In this document: positions 37,997 through 39,024 of the stretch, one piece after another
Layout: each line of letters opens with the position of its first letter
Position numbering within the stretch: position 1 is the stretch's first letter
From: an uncultured Nitrososphaerota archaeon
GTDB lineage: Archaea; Thermoproteota; Nitrososphaeria; Nitrososphaerales; Gagatemarchaeaceae
NCBI GenBank assembly: GCA_963718895.1
Contig: CAVRAG010000010.1
Coordinates: 1 to 39,024, forward strand
Direction of reading: 5' to 3'
DNA length: 39,024 nucleotides
The notes under the pieces: model-generated
The model's database searches: none
What the model saw: only the letters and a program-made list of their open reading frames with translations
Told to the model about the DNA's origin: nothing
Position numbers and translations under genes: made by a program

Positions 37997-38005
37997 CTAT
38001 TAATC
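37985..38005 (+). repeat. 21-bp element (exact)
   Basis: GTTCGGACATAACTATTAATC, 22 bp upstream of the GTG at 38028. Confidence 0.95.
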
Positions 38006-38027
38006 ACGAATCGAGGTTTCTTTCTTC

Positions 38028-38909
38028 GTGAAGAGCAGGCTCGTGCTTATTGTGGTGGTCGTCGCCGCGGTCGCAGTAGCCTCGATAGCCCTCTTCTTCA
38101 CTTACTTTGCCTTCAACAATCAAGGCGCCCTCGGATTCGGCGCCTCGGTGAACGCGACGGGCATCTCCCAGAACCAGACCCTCAGGGTCGACGTCTCGGT
38201 CAAGAACGGCATCGACTTCAGCAACAGGGTCCCCCTATCTGGAGATTGGAAGGTCCAGAACCTCTCGATGGGGCCCTGCGCGTCCTACTACGCCTACCCC
38301 TACGGCATAGCCGTCTACCAGGGCAGGTACGCCCTCGACAACCTCTCTTCGGCGACGCAGGTCGACATCTACTACCCCGGTGTCATCTTTTGCCCGACCA
38401 ATGTGCTCACCGGCACGGACACCTTCGCTTTCAACCCTCAGCAGAACATGAGCAGCTACGTCGACCTGCGCGGCTACTGGACGACAGGCGAGACGCCACA
38501 GCCCGGAGGCGGGTCAACGCAGGGCGTGCTCCACCCATTCCTTCCAGGGGTGTACACCGTGGTGGCTGGCGACGAGTGGGGCCACGTCAAGGTCCTGTAC
38601 TTCCAGGTCGGCGGCATCTCGCTCGAGGCCTTCTCTCTGTGCGCGTCGAACTGCGGCTACCCCAGCCCGTACCTCACAGGCGAGGTCTACATCGGCGGCC
38701 CTGCAGCGTTCAAGTCCCTGCAGCTGACAGTCAACGGCACCGACGAAGGGGTAGTGCCCTACGGGCCTATCTCGGATGTCATCATGGTGTACAAGGGAGG
38801 CTTCCAGAACCCTCCGGTCGTCAGCGGCGAAGCCTACTCGCTCCGGTTCGTGGCGGCCTTCGAGGACGGCTCAACTTCGACAGCGACGACGGTCGTGGTG
38901 GCATCATGA
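38028..38909 (+). CDS. Membrane-anchored two-domain surface protein, paralog of 13046-13987
   Basis: Signal anchor, GYW...HPFLPGVYTVVAGDEWG domain plus an extra C-terminal beta domain. Confidence 0.82.
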   Translation: MKSRLVLIVVVVAAVAVASIALFFTYFAFNNQGALGFGASVNATGISQNQTLRVDVSVKNGIDFSNRVPLSGDWKVQNLSMGPCASYYAYPYGIAVYQGRYALDNLSSATQVDIYYPGVIFCPTNVLTGTDTFAFNPQQNMSSYVDLRGYWTTGETPQPGGGSTQGVLHPFLPGVYTVVAGDEWGHVKVLYFQVGGISLEAFSLCASNCGYPSPYLTGEVYIGGPAAFKSLQLTVNGTDEGVVPYGPISDVIMVYKGGFQNPPVVSGEAYSLRFVAAFEDGSTSTATTVVVAS

Positions 38910-38931
38910 CCAGAACAGGATTTGGTGTTGG

Positions 38932-39024
38932 ATGAGCGGTCAACCCTCTCGGAGTTATCTCGTCATGACTGTGGCGATTGTAATAGCGGGGGTGCTGATA
39001 TCGGCCAGCCTCTTCGTCGCAGTC
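38932..39024 (+). CDS. Partial gene with SRSYLV anchor (runs off the window)
   Basis: MSGQPSRSYLVMTVAIVIAGVLISASLFVAV, close to the N-terminus of 31718-32221. Confidence 0.7.
   Translation, partial: MSGQPSRSYLVMTVAIVIAGVLISASLFVAV

Noticed and set aside
22476-38005. 21-bp repeats as a CRISPR array
   Set aside because: Copies are 0.5-6 kb apart, occur on both strands and are separated by whole genes. No cas genes are present.

Overview
Archaeal chromosomal window. The gene content (PolD DP1, a single orc1/cdc6, ThyX, UPF0147, BHB-intron tRNAs) and moderately high GC suggest a non-ammonia-oxidising Nitrososphaerota/TACK lineage, but this is inference. Bases 1-8 kb are housekeeping: four tRNAs, peroxiredoxin, IscA, thyX, a phosphohexomutase and DP1. 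Two of the tRNAs, Met-CAT and Ser-CGA, each carry three introns. cdc6 lies at 10871-12055 (-), but the ORB/DUE replication origin lies at about 36.6-36.9 kb. The ~24.5 kb between them is an accessory block of transporters, methyltransferases, a vapBC pair, decayed genes and many small membrane-anchored Ser/Thr-rich surface proteins. The most unusual signal is a dispersed 21-bp element, GTTCGGACATAACTATTAATC, present as 5 exact copies, 1 near-exact copy and 2 degenerate copies. It sits 22-32 bp upstream of surface-protein genes whose signal-anchor modules and C-terminal domains appear shuffled. Its 5' half resembles a Xer/dif arm and its 3' half is a TATA box. No integrase or transposase is visible in the window.
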